A DNA stretch of 37,699 nt from a virus. This document shows, in pieces, positions 12,913-20,867 of the stretch. The stretch is taken from the IMG/VR virus record IMGVR_UViG_3300028429_000330. The stretch is one strand, 5' to 3'. Below the pieces are notes generated by a model. It ran no database searches. It was not told the DNA's origin and saw nothing but the letters and a program-made list of their open reading frames with translations. Both the position numbers and the translations under genes were made by a program. How positions within the stretch are numbered: the stretch's first letter is position 1; every line of letters starts with the position of its first letter.

Positions 12913-13590
12913 TCAGATGCTGCGATACAGACTCGCCTTCACGATACCGCCGACGTAGTGCATCAGCTCGATCTCGGACTCTTCGAGCGTGATGGGCGGG
13001 TGGTTCTCGTTGACAGAACGCAACTCCACCAGGCCGTTTCGCCTATTGGACAACATCTTGACCATGCTGCGGCCGTCGCGCGTCTTGACCAGGACCTCGT
13101 CGCCGGGCTCCACCGCTGAGTTGGGCTCCACGATCACGAACTCGCCGGGCCGGATGCGCGGCCGCATGCTGTCGCCCTTCACGCGCAGCGCGTAGGCGTT
13201 GCGGTCCCGCGTGGGGTAGCGGATCAGGCCATCGCCAAAGCCGGGCGGGTGCTGCAATTCGTCCCAGTAGCCGTCGTCGCCCATCTGAGCGGTGCCCACC
13301 ACCGGAATGTCGCGTAGCCACGAGTCGGTGTACTCCCAGGCGGCGGTTGGCTCCTGCACGCGGTGGGTCGGCTGCACGATGTCCAGCACGCCCGGCGGCA
13401 GCCCCAGCCGCTGCTCGATCTCGCGCGCCACCTGCTCGCCAATGCGCTTGCGGTGCACGGTCTCGGTAAACCAGCGCGAGACGTAAGTGGCGTCCTTGCC
13501 CACTTCGCGCGCCAGCGCGGCCTGGTTGCCGTCAAACCGCTCGGCCAGCAGGGCGCGCACGTTGGCCAGCCGGATGTCGTGAATGTCCAT
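12913..13590 (-). CDS. CI-like prophage repressor (N-terminal XRE-type HTH + C-terminal S24/LexA-like peptidase)
   Basis: ATG 13590 (MDIHDIRLANVRALL...) inside ORF 12913..13761. HTH NQAALAREVGKDATYVSRW. S24 catalytic motifs VKGDSMRP and VLVKTRDGRSMVKML. Divergent from the Cro-like gene. Confidence 0.85.
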   Translation of the reverse strand: MDIHDIRLANVRALLAERFDGNQAALAREVGKDATYVSRWFTETVHRKRIGEQVAREIEQRLGLPPGVLDIVQPTHRVQEPTAAWEYTDSWLRDIPVVGTAQMGDDGYWDELQHPPGFGDGLIRYPTRDRNAYALRVKGDSMRPRIRPGEFVIVEPNSAVEPGDEVLVKTRDGRSMVKMLSNRRNGLVELRSVNENHPPITLEESEIELMHYVGGIVKASLYRSI

Positions 13591-13611
13591 CTCCGGATTG
13601 CATCCCCTCAT

Positions 13612-13623
13612 TACCATTGGGTA
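13612..13623. promoter_or_regulatory. Operator-like site OR-a, TACCATTGGGTA (TACC-N4-GGTA)
   Basis: In the 97-bp divergent region between the repressor and Cro-like genes. Extended form TTACCATTGGGTAA is a palindrome. Confidence 0.6.
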
Positions 13624-13625
13624 AA

Positions 13626-13641
13626 TTGCCCCATGGGGTAA
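13626..13641. promoter_or_regulatory. Variant palindrome OR-b, TTGCCCCATGGGGTAA
   Basis: Near-perfect 16-bp palindrome with similar outer bases but a 2-bp longer core. Assignment to the same repressor is uncertain. Confidence 0.35.
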
Positions 13642-13661
13642 CGATGGACTTGCGTGGCCTT

Positions 13662-13673
13662 TACCTATGGGTA
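13662..13673. promoter_or_regulatory. Operator-like site OR-c, TACCTATGGGTA (TACC-N4-GGTA)
   Basis: 15 nt upstream of the Cro-like ATG. Overlaps a possible rightward promoter (TTGCGT 13650-13655 / TATACC 13672-13677). Confidence 0.6.
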
Positions 13674-13687
13674 TACCATGCGGGGTC

Positions 13688-13945
13688 ATGACGCTCCGTG
13701 AATACCTGAAATCGCTGCCCGACACCGCTGCCCGCGAGGCCTTTGCGCTTCGGTGTGGCACCTCGCTCGGTTACCTGCGGCTCGTGAGCTACGGCCACAA
13801 GACCGCGTCCGAGTCCTTGGCCCTTCGGGTGCAGGCCGAATCCGGCAATGCGGTGCAGGCGGCGCAGCTGCTGCCGAGCGTCGACTTTTCCTTCGTTGAC
13901 CGGCTGCAGGGCGCTGACAGCGCGGCTGCCACCGGGGCCGAGTAA
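13688..13945 (+). CDS. Cro/YdaS-like HTH regulator
   Basis: ATG 13688 (MTLREYLKSL...) inside ORF 13667..13945. The pattern ..FALRCGTSLGYLRLVSYGHKTAS..LALRV...SGN.V resembles YdaS/Cro-family proteins. Divergent from the repressor. Confidence 0.65.
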   Translation: MTLREYLKSLPDTAAREAFALRCGTSLGYLRLVSYGHKTASESLALRVQAESGNAVQAAQLLPSVDFSFVDRLQGADSAAATGAE

Positions 13946-13957
13946 AGGGCCATCGCA

Positions 13958-14206
13958 GTGGCACTCGAGAAGAAAGACACCAAGATCTACCTGGACCCGT
14001 CCGTGCACGCGGTCTTTGCCGAGATCGCGCAGGCGCGCGGCCTTACCCTGTCGCAGCTGGCCAGCTCGGTCGTGCAGCGCTATGTGGTTGATCAAGCCCA
14101 TGCCGCCACTGTGATCGCAGACGCCGCCAAGCGTGCGGGAATCGACCGGGTTGCAGCAGGAACTGCGTGGGAAAGTGCCGGAATGGCCGGGAGCGCGCAG
14201 GAATGA
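13958..14206 (+). CDS. Small possible ribbon-helix-helix protein (82 aa)
   Basis: ORF track (GTG 13958). KKDTKIYLDPSVHAVFAEIAQARGLTLSQLASSVVQRYV looks like a strand-helix-helix. The RHH call is tentative. Confidence 0.5.
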   Translation: MALEKKDTKIYLDPSVHAVFAEIAQARGLTLSQLASSVVQRYVVDQAHAATVIADAAKRAGIDRVAAGTAWESAGMAGSAQE

Positions 14207-14505
14207 CGCGCCTCGGCCGCCCTTCCGGCTCCCTCGGCGAGTTCGGCGCCCGCGCGCTGGAGCTGGCCGCCGCCCGCCCCATCAGCTACCGCGACCTGCA
14301 CCTCGAGCTCGGCATGTCGCGCGAGGTGGCCAGCTACACGCTGCGCAACCTGCTCGCCGCCGGTCATGTGGAAGAGGTCAGCCGTGCGCAGGTGCCCGGC
14401 GCCCGCAAGCCGGTGCCGGTGGTGCGCGCCAAGCCGCCCGCCACCGTGGAAGACAAGCTCGCCGCACTCATGGCCTGGCCGCGCAGCACCGGCGTCCCTG
14501 CCTAG
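14203..14505 (+). CDS. Winged-helix (MarR-like) DNA-binding protein, 100 aa
   Basis: ATG 14203 (ATGA overlap with the upstream stop) inside ORF 14167..14505. Contains ISYRDLHLELGMSREVASYTLRNLLAAGHVEEV. Confidence 0.55.
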   Translation: MTRLGRPSGSLGEFGARALELAAARPISYRDLHLELGMSREVASYTLRNLLAAGHVEEVSRAQVPGARKPVPVVRAKPPATVEDKLAALMAWPRSTGVPA

Positions 14506-14544
14506 CCCCGTTTCCAACTGACCAGCGCACCCCCGGGCGCCCGC

Positions 14545-17019
14545 GTGCCAGGACCTCACTCCCGCCTCGACTTTGATGCCATTGCCTCGGCTGCACTGCT
14601 GCATGCCGAGCAGCTGGTGGCGCAGTGGCTGCCCGGCGGCCGGCGCGACGGCCAGGAATGGAAGTGCGGCTCGCTCGGGGGTGACAAGGGCGACAGCTGC
14701 TCGGTCAACCTGCGCACGGGTGCCTGGGCGGACTTCGCCACGGAAGACCGCGGCGGCGACCTGATCTCGCTGTACGCCGCCATCCGCGGCTGCAATCAGG
14801 GCCAGGCTGCGCGCGATCTCGCGCGCGAGCTGGGCATCAGCATCACCGATCAAAGGGCCGGTAGCTCAGAGACCGCGCGCACGGGGCCAACAGAGGCGCG
14901 CGGTCAGGCAGAGCATCGTCGGGGGACGAAGGACGCGGCGCAGCCCGCCGCCCGGCCCACCTCCACCGAAGACGCCTGGCACGACGCCGGCGCCTGGCCG
15001 GAAGACGGGCCGCCGGCTCCGGTGGCGCATCTGGTGCGCGGCAAGCCGGTGGCCTCTTGGGCCTACCGCAACGCCGAAGGCGCGCTGCTGGGCCATGTGC
15101 ACCGCTTTGTCACCAGCTCGGGCGGCAAGGAAGTGCTGCCGTGCGTGTGGAGCAAACACCCGCAGAAGGGTGCGGCCTGGAAGTGGCGCGCCTTCAGCGA
15201 CCCGCGGCCGTTGTACGGGCTGCACCTGCTCGCTCAGCGCCCGCAGGCGCCCGTCCTGGTGGTGGAAGGCGAGAAGTGCGCCGACGCCGCCCAGGCTGCG
15301 CTCGGTGACAAGGCGGTGGTGATCACATGGCCGGGCGGCAGCAAGGCGGTGACCAAGGCCGACTGGCAGCCGCTGGCCGGGCGCCGCGTGGTGCTTTGGC
15401 CCGACGCCGATGCCAAGCGCGACAAAGCCGGCGTGCTCTTGCCCTTGCCGCGGCAGCCCGGCCAGAAGGCTATGGAAGACGTGGGCCGCGCGCTGTCTGC
15501 TCTCGGCTGCGACGTGCGCATGGTGGCCCTGCCGCCTCCCGGCGAGCTGGCCGACGGCTATGACGTGGCCGACGTGGTGGCCAGCGCCGAGCAGGCCGGC
15601 CAGAGCGCGGCCGATGCCGTGCGCGCCTCGCTGGCGGCCGATCGGCTGCGCCAGTTGACGCCGCTGCCCGCTGCCGCGCCTCCCCCCGGCCCCCCACCCG
15701 CCTACGGAGCTCCGCAGGGGAAAGGGGATGGCGACGGCAGCTGCCGCACGCGCCTGCGCTGGGGGCGCAACGGCGCCGAGGCCAGCCTCGCCAACGTCAC
15801 CCTAATCCTGCGCTGCGACGCGCGCTGGCGCGGCGTGCTGGGCTTTGACGAGTTCAGCCAGCGCACGCTCAAGCGCGTCGTGCCGCCCTACGCCTTCGGC
15901 CGCCTGGGCGAGTGGGACAGCGAAGACGACAGCCGCACGGCCATCTGGCTCAGCGATCACTTCGCCATGACCGTGCGCGCCGACCTCGTGGCCGAGGCCG
16001 TCGAGACCGTGGCGCGCGAGCACCGCTTCCACCCGGTGGTCGAGCACCTGCGCGGCCTGACATGGGACGGCCAGCGCCGGCTGGAAGAGTGGCTTATCAC
16101 CTGCGCGGGCGTGGTCGACTGCGAGTACACCCGGGCGGTGTCGAGCTACTTCCTGCGCGGCATGGTGCGGCGGGTCATGGAGCCCGGGTGCAAGTTCGAT
16201 TACGCGCTGGTGCTGGAAGGTGAAGAGGGCCTGCGCAAGAGCACGCTGTGCGCGGTGCTCGGCGGGCCCTGGTACAGCGACACCGACCTCGACCTCACGC
16301 ACAAGGACTCCATGTCTGCACTGCGTGGGAAGTGGCTGCACGAGTTCAGCGAGATGGACTCCGTCACCCGGGCCGAGGCCAGCAAGCAGAAGAGCTTTCT
16401 GTCGCGCTCGGTGGATGAGTTCCGCCCGGTCTATGGCCGGCGCGAGATCCGCTGCCCCCGCCAGGTGGTGTTCGTTGGCACCACCAACGAGGACGAGTAC
16501 ATCAAGGAAGGGCAGGGCGCCCGGCGCTTCTGGCCGGTGCGGGTGACGCGGCCCATCGACATCGACTGGCTGCGGCGCAACCTGCCGCAGCTCATGGCCG
16601 AAGCCGTGGCCGACTATGACGCCGGCGAGGGCTACTACCCGTCGCCAGAGCAGCAGCGCGGCCTGTTCCAGCCCGAGCAGAAGCGCCGGGTGGTGCAGGA
16701 GTCGCTGATCGACGCTCTGCACGACTGGGTGCTCGAGCCCGACGTTGAAGAGCTGGCCGTGCGCACCGCCAACGGCGGCATGTTCTCCGTGGCCGATGCC
16801 GCCTTCCGCTGCCTCAAGGTGGCCTACGCCCAGCTCACGCGCGACCTGCAGACCCGCATTGGCAAGGCCCTTGGCGCCCTCGGGTGCACCAAGGTCGAAC
16901 GACGCAACGGCATGACCCGCTACTGGTACAAGCCCCCGCAGAAGGTGGCCACGTCCTCTGTAGCCGCACGGCCCGCGCAGCACTCCCAGGAGGTGGACGA
17001 TGACCCGCTGCCGTTCTGA
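14545..17019 (+). CDS. Replication protein: zinc-finger/Toprim primase fused to a VapE (virulence-associated protein E) P-loop helicase-like domain
   Basis: ORF track 824 aa. N-terminus WKCGSLGGDKGDSCSVNLRTGAWADFA. Toprim VLVVEGEKCADAA ... VVLWPDADAKRD. VapE region HPVVEHLRGLTWDG, VLEGEEGLRKSTL (Walker A-like), RQVVFVGTTNEDEY. Confidence 0.85.
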   Translation: MPGPHSRLDFDAIASAALLHAEQLVAQWLPGGRRDGQEWKCGSLGGDKGDSCSVNLRTGAWADFATEDRGGDLISLYAAIRGCNQGQAARDLARELGISITDQRAGSSETARTGPTEARGQAEHRRGTKDAAQPAARPTSTEDAWHDAGAWPEDGPPAPVAHLVRGKPVASWAYRNAEGALLGHVHRFVTSSGGKEVLPCVWSKHPQKGAAWKWRAFSDPRPLYGLHLLAQRPQAPVLVVEGEKCADAAQAALGDKAVVITWPGGSKAVTKADWQPLAGRRVVLWPDADAKRDKAGVLLPLPRQPGQKAMEDVGRALSALGCDVRMVALPPPGELADGYDVADVVASAEQAGQSAADAVRASLAADRLRQLTPLPAAAPPPGPPPAYGAPQGKGDGDGSCRTRLRWGRNGAEASLANVTLILRCDARWRGVLGFDEFSQRTLKRVVPPYAFGRLGEWDSEDDSRTAIWLSDHFAMTVRADLVAEAVETVAREHRFHPVVEHLRGLTWDGQRRLEEWLITCAGVVDCEYTRAVSSYFLRGMVRRVMEPGCKFDYALVLEGEEGLRKSTLCAVLGGPWYSDTDLDLTHKDSMSALRGKWLHEFSEMDSVTRAEASKQKSFLSRSVDEFRPVYGRREIRCPRQVVFVGTTNEDEYIKEGQGARRFWPVRVTRPIDIDWLRRNLPQLMAEAVADYDAGEGYYPSPEQQRGLFQPEQKRRVVQESLIDALHDWVLEPDVEELAVRTANGGMFSVADAAFRCLKVAYAQLTRDLQTRIGKALGALGCTKVERRNGMTRYWYKPPQKVATSSVAARPAQHSQEVDDDPLPF

Positions 17020-17050
17020 GGGTTCCTAACGTTCCCAACTGAAATTCGCA

Positions 17051-17115
17051 CGCTCACGTGGCGCACAGGCGCGACGGGCGCGATGCGGGCGACGCGCCCG
17101 CGCGTCACGTGACGC
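17051..17115. promoter_or_regulatory. Cluster of palindromes/hairpins downstream of the primase gene
   Basis: CGCTCACGTGGCGC (17051-17064); hairpin GGGCGCG-n10-CGCGCCC; perfect 14-bp palindrome GCGTCACGTGACGC (17102-17115). Two copies of the TCACGTG core. Followed by CTCATTTCCC and the SD of the next gene. Confidence 0.4.
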
Positions 17116-17143
17116 CTCATTTCCCAGTTAGGAGGTTAGGAAG

Positions 17144-17356
17144 GTGGAAGTCCCCAAGCTGAAAAGCGGCGATCGGCAGGCCCTCAGAAGGGCGGCGCAT
17201 CAGCAGGCGCAGTTCATCGGCCGGCGGCTGTACGAAGCCACGCTGGTGATCCTGGAGCAGAAGGCCGACGCTTGCGGTACCCAGGCCGCGCTGCAGCCCG
17301 ACGTCCTTGAGGCGGCGGTCGAGCAGGCGCTGCAGCACGTGGCGGAGACGCTGTGA
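17144..17356 (+). CDS. Hypothetical 70-aa protein
   Basis: ORF track. GTG 17144 with GGAGG SD 8 nt upstream. Confidence 0.6.
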   Translation: MEVPKLKSGDRQALRRAAHQQAQFIGRRLYEATLVILEQKADACGTQAALQPDVLEAAVEQALQHVAETL

Positions 17357-17580
17357 GCCTGCGCCACGAGATGCCGCACACCGCCGCCTTCATTGACGAG
17401 CTGCGCGCCGCCTTCGGTGCCGAGGGCATTGATGCGGCGATCCGCGCCGGGCTCAAGGGCGAGCCCGATCGCTTCCACGCCACCGAGGCCGGCCGCGAGG
17501 TCGGCACGCCCTTCCGCCGCGGCGCCCAGTTCGATGCCAGGCCGTCGCCCGCCTGGCTGCGCCAGGAGCCCGGCCGATGA
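17353..17580 (+). CDS. Hypothetical 75-aa protein
   Basis: ORF track. GTGA overlap upstream and ATGA overlap downstream. Confidence 0.55.
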   Translation: MSLRHEMPHTAAFIDELRAAFGAEGIDAAIRAGLKGEPDRFHATEAGREVGTPFRRGAQFDARPSPAWLRQEPGR

Positions 17581-18047
17581 GCGCGCGCCGCAAGCCCACC
17601 TACTGGGCCCTGCGCCTGGAACGCTGGGGCGCGTGGCGCGTCGGCGCCGGTGGTGCCAAGGTCGCCACCTGGGCCCGCATGCGCGCCGGCGACAGCCCGC
17701 TCGGCAATTGGGCCGCCAGCGACGAAGGCGTGCCCCGGCTGTACCTCGAGGAACGCGAGACCCACGAGTTCATCGGCCTGCTCGCCCACCGGCCCGACAC
17801 CGCCGAGCTGGCCCGCTTTGCCGTGGCCGCCTACCCGCACAGCGCCCGCCTGGCGCAGACCCTCGGCCTGGCGGCCAGCAGCCTGGCCGAGCGCCACAAG
17901 CGCCTGTACCGCACCCTCGCGCGGCTGCTCGATCAACGCAAGAAGGGCGAGCCGCTCGACCCCGTGCGCCGCCCGCCACGGGTCAAGCGCACCAGCACCC
18001 GCCTCGCACGCACGCGCGTGGCCGCCGTCCTGGTCGACGAAACCTGA
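17577..18047 (+). CDS. Hypothetical 156-aa protein; candidate late-gene regulator (C-terminal HTH-like segment)
   Basis: ORF track. The segment ARLAQTLGLAASSLAERHKRLYRTLARLL resembles a sigma-70 region-4-type HTH. It is the last gene before the AT-richer promoter-like region upstream of the packaging genes. Function is inferred from position only. Confidence 0.5.
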   Translation: MSARRKPTYWALRLERWGAWRVGAGGAKVATWARMRAGDSPLGNWAASDEGVPRLYLEERETHEFIGLLAHRPDTAELARFAVAAYPHSARLAQTLGLAASSLAERHKRLYRTLARLLDQRKKGEPLDPVRRPPRVKRTSTRLARTRVAAVLVDET

Positions 18048-18060
18048 TGCGCCGGACTTT

Positions 18061-18088
18061 TTGTCATTTGGTATTTTCCGTGCAGAAT
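18061..18088 (+). promoter_or_regulatory. Candidate late promoter: -35 TTGTCA, 16-bp spacer, -10 CAGAAT
   Basis: Lies in the locally AT-richer stretch ggactttttgtcatttggtattttccgtgcagaatcc. It is the only sigma-70-like match between the early-right genes and the HNH/terminase genes. Confidence 0.35.
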
Positions 18089-18098
18089 CCGCCAAACT

Positions 18099-18140
18099 CA
18101 GCGGCACGTGCACCCAGTCGATCGGCGTGCCGTGCCGCTG
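18099..18140 (+). promoter_or_regulatory. Hairpin at the predicted 5' end of the late transcript (possible antitermination target)
   Basis: 10-bp perfect stem CAGCGGCACG / CGTGCCGCTG, extendable by GCAC/GTGC with one bulge. Followed by GTGCTTTGG, a weak U-tract. Lies between the candidate promoter and the HNH gene SD. Confidence 0.4.
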
Positions 18141-18159
18141 GTGCTTTGGAGTGTGGTTG

Positions 18160-18519
18160 ATGCCCCGCGCCGCACCGCGTCCTTGCGTCGAGCCCGGCTG
18201 CAATGCCATGGCCACCGAGCGCGGCCGCTGCGCCGAGCACGCCAAGCGCCAGCAGCAGCAGCTCGACGCGCGCCGCGGCTCATCGTCCCAGCGCGGCTAC
18301 GGCAGCCAGTGGCAGAAGGCGCGCGCAGGGTTCCTGCGTTCGCACCCGCTTTGTCTGCACTGCCAGCGTCAAGGCAAGCTGGTGCCGGCGACCGACGTTG
18401 ACCACATCCAGCCGCACAAGGGCGACCGCGCGCTCTTCTGGGACTCGGATAACTGGCAGGGGCTGTGCAAGCCCTGCCACAGCGCCAAGACCGCAACCGA
18501 GGACGGCCGCTGGTCCTGA
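18160..18519 (+). CDS. Phage HNH endonuclease (packaging-associated)
   Basis: ATG 18160 (GGAG SD) inside ORF 17650..18519. Contains HPLCLHCQRQGKLVPATDVDHIQPHKGDRALFWDSDNWQGLCKPCHSAKT. Immediately upstream of terS/terL. Confidence 0.85.
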   Translation: MPRAAPRPCVEPGCNAMATERGRCAEHAKRQQQQLDARRGSSSQRGYGSQWQKARAGFLRSHPLCLHCQRQGKLVPATDVDHIQPHKGDRALFWDSDNWQGLCKPCHSAKTATEDGRWS

Positions 18520-18630
18520 GCGCTGCAGGGGAGGGGCGGTGCCAATCTCTGGCCCCGCCACACATAGACCGGGCTCCCCAGCTCTTTTCTGCGTGGCTGA
18601 GTTTCCAGATTTTTTTCAGGTAGGTGGGTC

Positions 18631-19173
18631 ATGGGTCAACGTGGACCGAAGCCGACGCCAACGGCGTTGAAAGCGGTAACCGGTGCCCGGATCCGCGTGG
18701 CGGCCGACCTGGGCGAGGGCATCAACCCGCCGGTCAAGGCGCCGCCGATGCCGAAAGACCTGCAGGGCCCGGCGCGTGCAGAGTGGAAGCGCATCACGCC
18801 GCTGCTCATCGAGCTCGGCCTGCTCACCGAGCTGGACCGGGCCGCGCTTACCAACTACTGCACCGCGTGGGGTGAGCGCTGCCGCCTGCAGGCCCAGATC
18901 AACGCCGACATGCGCGCGGCGGCTGAGGCGGGCAAGCTCGAGACCGACGCGCTGTGGCGCACGCTGCCCAGCGGCATCGCGCGGCCGAGCGTGCTGGTCA
19001 AGCTGCGCGACGACGCCGAGGCGCGCTGCGACCGCTATCTGGCGCACTTCGGCCTGAGCCCGGCCACCCGGGCCCGCGTGACCGCCTCGCGCGAGCTCAG
19101 CAGCCAGCCGCAGCTGCCGGGCATGGAAGACCCGGTGGCCAAGCGCCTGCAGACGCTGGCACTGGTCAAGTAG
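18631..19173 (+). CDS. terS: Terminase small subunit (P27 family)
   Basis: ORF track 180 aa. N-terminus GQRGPKPTPTALKAVTG ... WKRITPLLIELGLLTELDRAALTNYC is typical of the P27 family. Confidence 0.85.
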   Translation: MGQRGPKPTPTALKAVTGARIRVAADLGEGINPPVKAPPMPKDLQGPARAEWKRITPLLIELGLLTELDRAALTNYCTAWGERCRLQAQINADMRAAAEAGKLETDALWRTLPSGIARPSVLVKLRDDAEARCDRYLAHFGLSPATRARVTASRELSSQPQLPGMEDPVAKRLQTLALVK

Positions 19174-19189
19174 TGCACCCGTCTGCACT

Positions 19190-20860
19190 GTGACGCACGG
19201 CTATGTCGAGCGTGCGCTGCGCTACGCGCGCGGCGTGGTGGCTGGCGACCTTCCGGCCTGCCAGTGGACGCGCCTGGCCTGCGAGCGCCAGCTCAAGGAC
19301 CTGGAGCGCAGCGAGTCCGACGCCGGCTGGCCGTGGCGCTTCGATGTTGAGCTCGCCGAGCGGCCCTGCCTGCTGATCGAGTGCCTGCCCCACATCAAGG
19401 GCAAGTGGGCCAGCAGCACCATCCAGCTCGAGGACTGGCAGTGCTTCATCGAGTGCACCGTGTTCGGCTGGGTGCACCGCGAGACCGGCAAGCGCCGCTA
19501 CCGCTTCGCGTACACCGAGGTGCCGCGCAAGAACGCCAAGAGCACGCTCACCAGCGGCAACGCCATCTACATGCTGGCCGCCGACGGTGAAGAAGGCGCC
19601 GAGATCTACAGCGCCGCCACCACCGGCGACCAGGCGCGCATCGTGTTTGACGTCAGCAAAGCCATGCTGCGCAAGGACCCGCGCATCGCGGCGCAGTTTG
19701 GGATCGGCGTTGGCGAGCACGCCATCTGGGTGCGCGAGGCCGCCAGCACCTTCAAGCCGCTCAACGCCGAAGGCAGCACGCTCGACGGCCTCAACGTTCA
19801 CTTCGCCTCCGTCGACGAGCTGCACGCACACAAGCGGCGCGACGTGTGGGACGTGCTTGAGACCGCCACCGGCAGTCGCAGCCAGCCGCTCGTGTGGGCC
19901 ATCACCACCGCCGGCAGCGACCGCAGCGGCATCTGCTATGAGCAGCGCAACTACGTCTGCAAGGTCCTGCAGGGCGTGGTCGAGGATGACACCTACTTCG
20001 GCATCATCTACAGCATCGACGACGGCGACGACTGGACCGACGAGCAGGTCTGGGCCAAGGCCAATCCCAACCTCGGCGTCAGCGTGTCGCTGGAAGACCT
20101 GCGCGCCAAGTGCCGCAAGGCCATGGAGACCCCCAGCGCGGTCGGCAACTTCCTGACCAAGCACCTCAACGTCTGGGTCAACGCCGACAGCGCCTGGATG
20201 GACATGCGCGCTTGGGACCGCTGTGCCGACCCCGAGCTGCGCCTGGCCGACTTCGAGGGGCAAGACTCCTGGGAAGGACTCGACCTCGCCTCCAAGGTCG
20301 ACATCAACTCCCACCTGCGCGTCTTCGAGCGCGCCGACGGGAAGATCTGCATCTTCGACACCCACTGGCTGCCCGAGCGCGCCGTGGATGAGAGCAAGAA
20401 CAGCCAATACGAAGGCTGGGCCCGCCGCGAGCTGCTGCGCGTCACCGACGGCGAAGTCGTCGACATGGACGCCATCGAGGCCGAGATCCTCGAAGGCCAC
20501 CGGCGCTTCGCCCTGCAGGCGGTGGGCTATGACCCGTACCAGGCCACCCAGCTGGTGGGCCACCTGCTCGAGCACGGCGTGCCCATGGTCGAGATCAAGC
20601 CCACGGTGCTCAACTTTTCCGAGGCCATGAAGACCGTGGAGGCCTGGGTGCTGCAGGGGCGGCTGGTGCACAACGGCTCGCCCATCCTTACCTGGATGGT
20701 GTCCAACGTCGTCTGCCACCGCGACGCCAAGGACAACATCTACCCGCGCAAAGAGCGGCCCGAGAACAAGATCGACGGCGTGGTGGCACTCATCATCGCG
20801 GTCAACCGCTACCTGGCCGCGCGTGACAGCGCCGCGCCGGCCGAGCTGATTGTCCTGTAG
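19190..20860 (+). CDS. terL: Terminase large subunit
   Basis: ORF track 556 aa. Walker A-like VPRKNAKST. The segments DELHAH, VWAITTAGS and the C-terminal nuclease region (KIDGVVALIIA) are typical of Terminase_1. Confidence 0.9.
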   Translation: MTHGYVERALRYARGVVAGDLPACQWTRLACERQLKDLERSESDAGWPWRFDVELAERPCLLIECLPHIKGKWASSTIQLEDWQCFIECTVFGWVHRETGKRRYRFAYTEVPRKNAKSTLTSGNAIYMLAADGEEGAEIYSAATTGDQARIVFDVSKAMLRKDPRIAAQFGIGVGEHAIWVREAASTFKPLNAEGSTLDGLNVHFASVDELHAHKRRDVWDVLETATGSRSQPLVWAITTAGSDRSGICYEQRNYVCKVLQGVVEDDTYFGIIYSIDDGDDWTDEQVWAKANPNLGVSVSLEDLRAKCRKAMETPSAVGNFLTKHLNVWVNADSAWMDMRAWDRCADPELRLADFEGQDSWEGLDLASKVDINSHLRVFERADGKICIFDTHWLPERAVDESKNSQYEGWARRELLRVTDGEVVDMDAIEAEILEGHRRFALQAVGYDPYQATQLVGHLLEHGVPMVEIKPTVLNFSEAMKTVEAWVLQGRLVHNGSPILTWMVSNVVCHRDAKDNIYPRKERPENKIDGVVALIIAVNRYLAARDSAAPAELIVL

Positions 20861-20867
20861 GAGCGCT

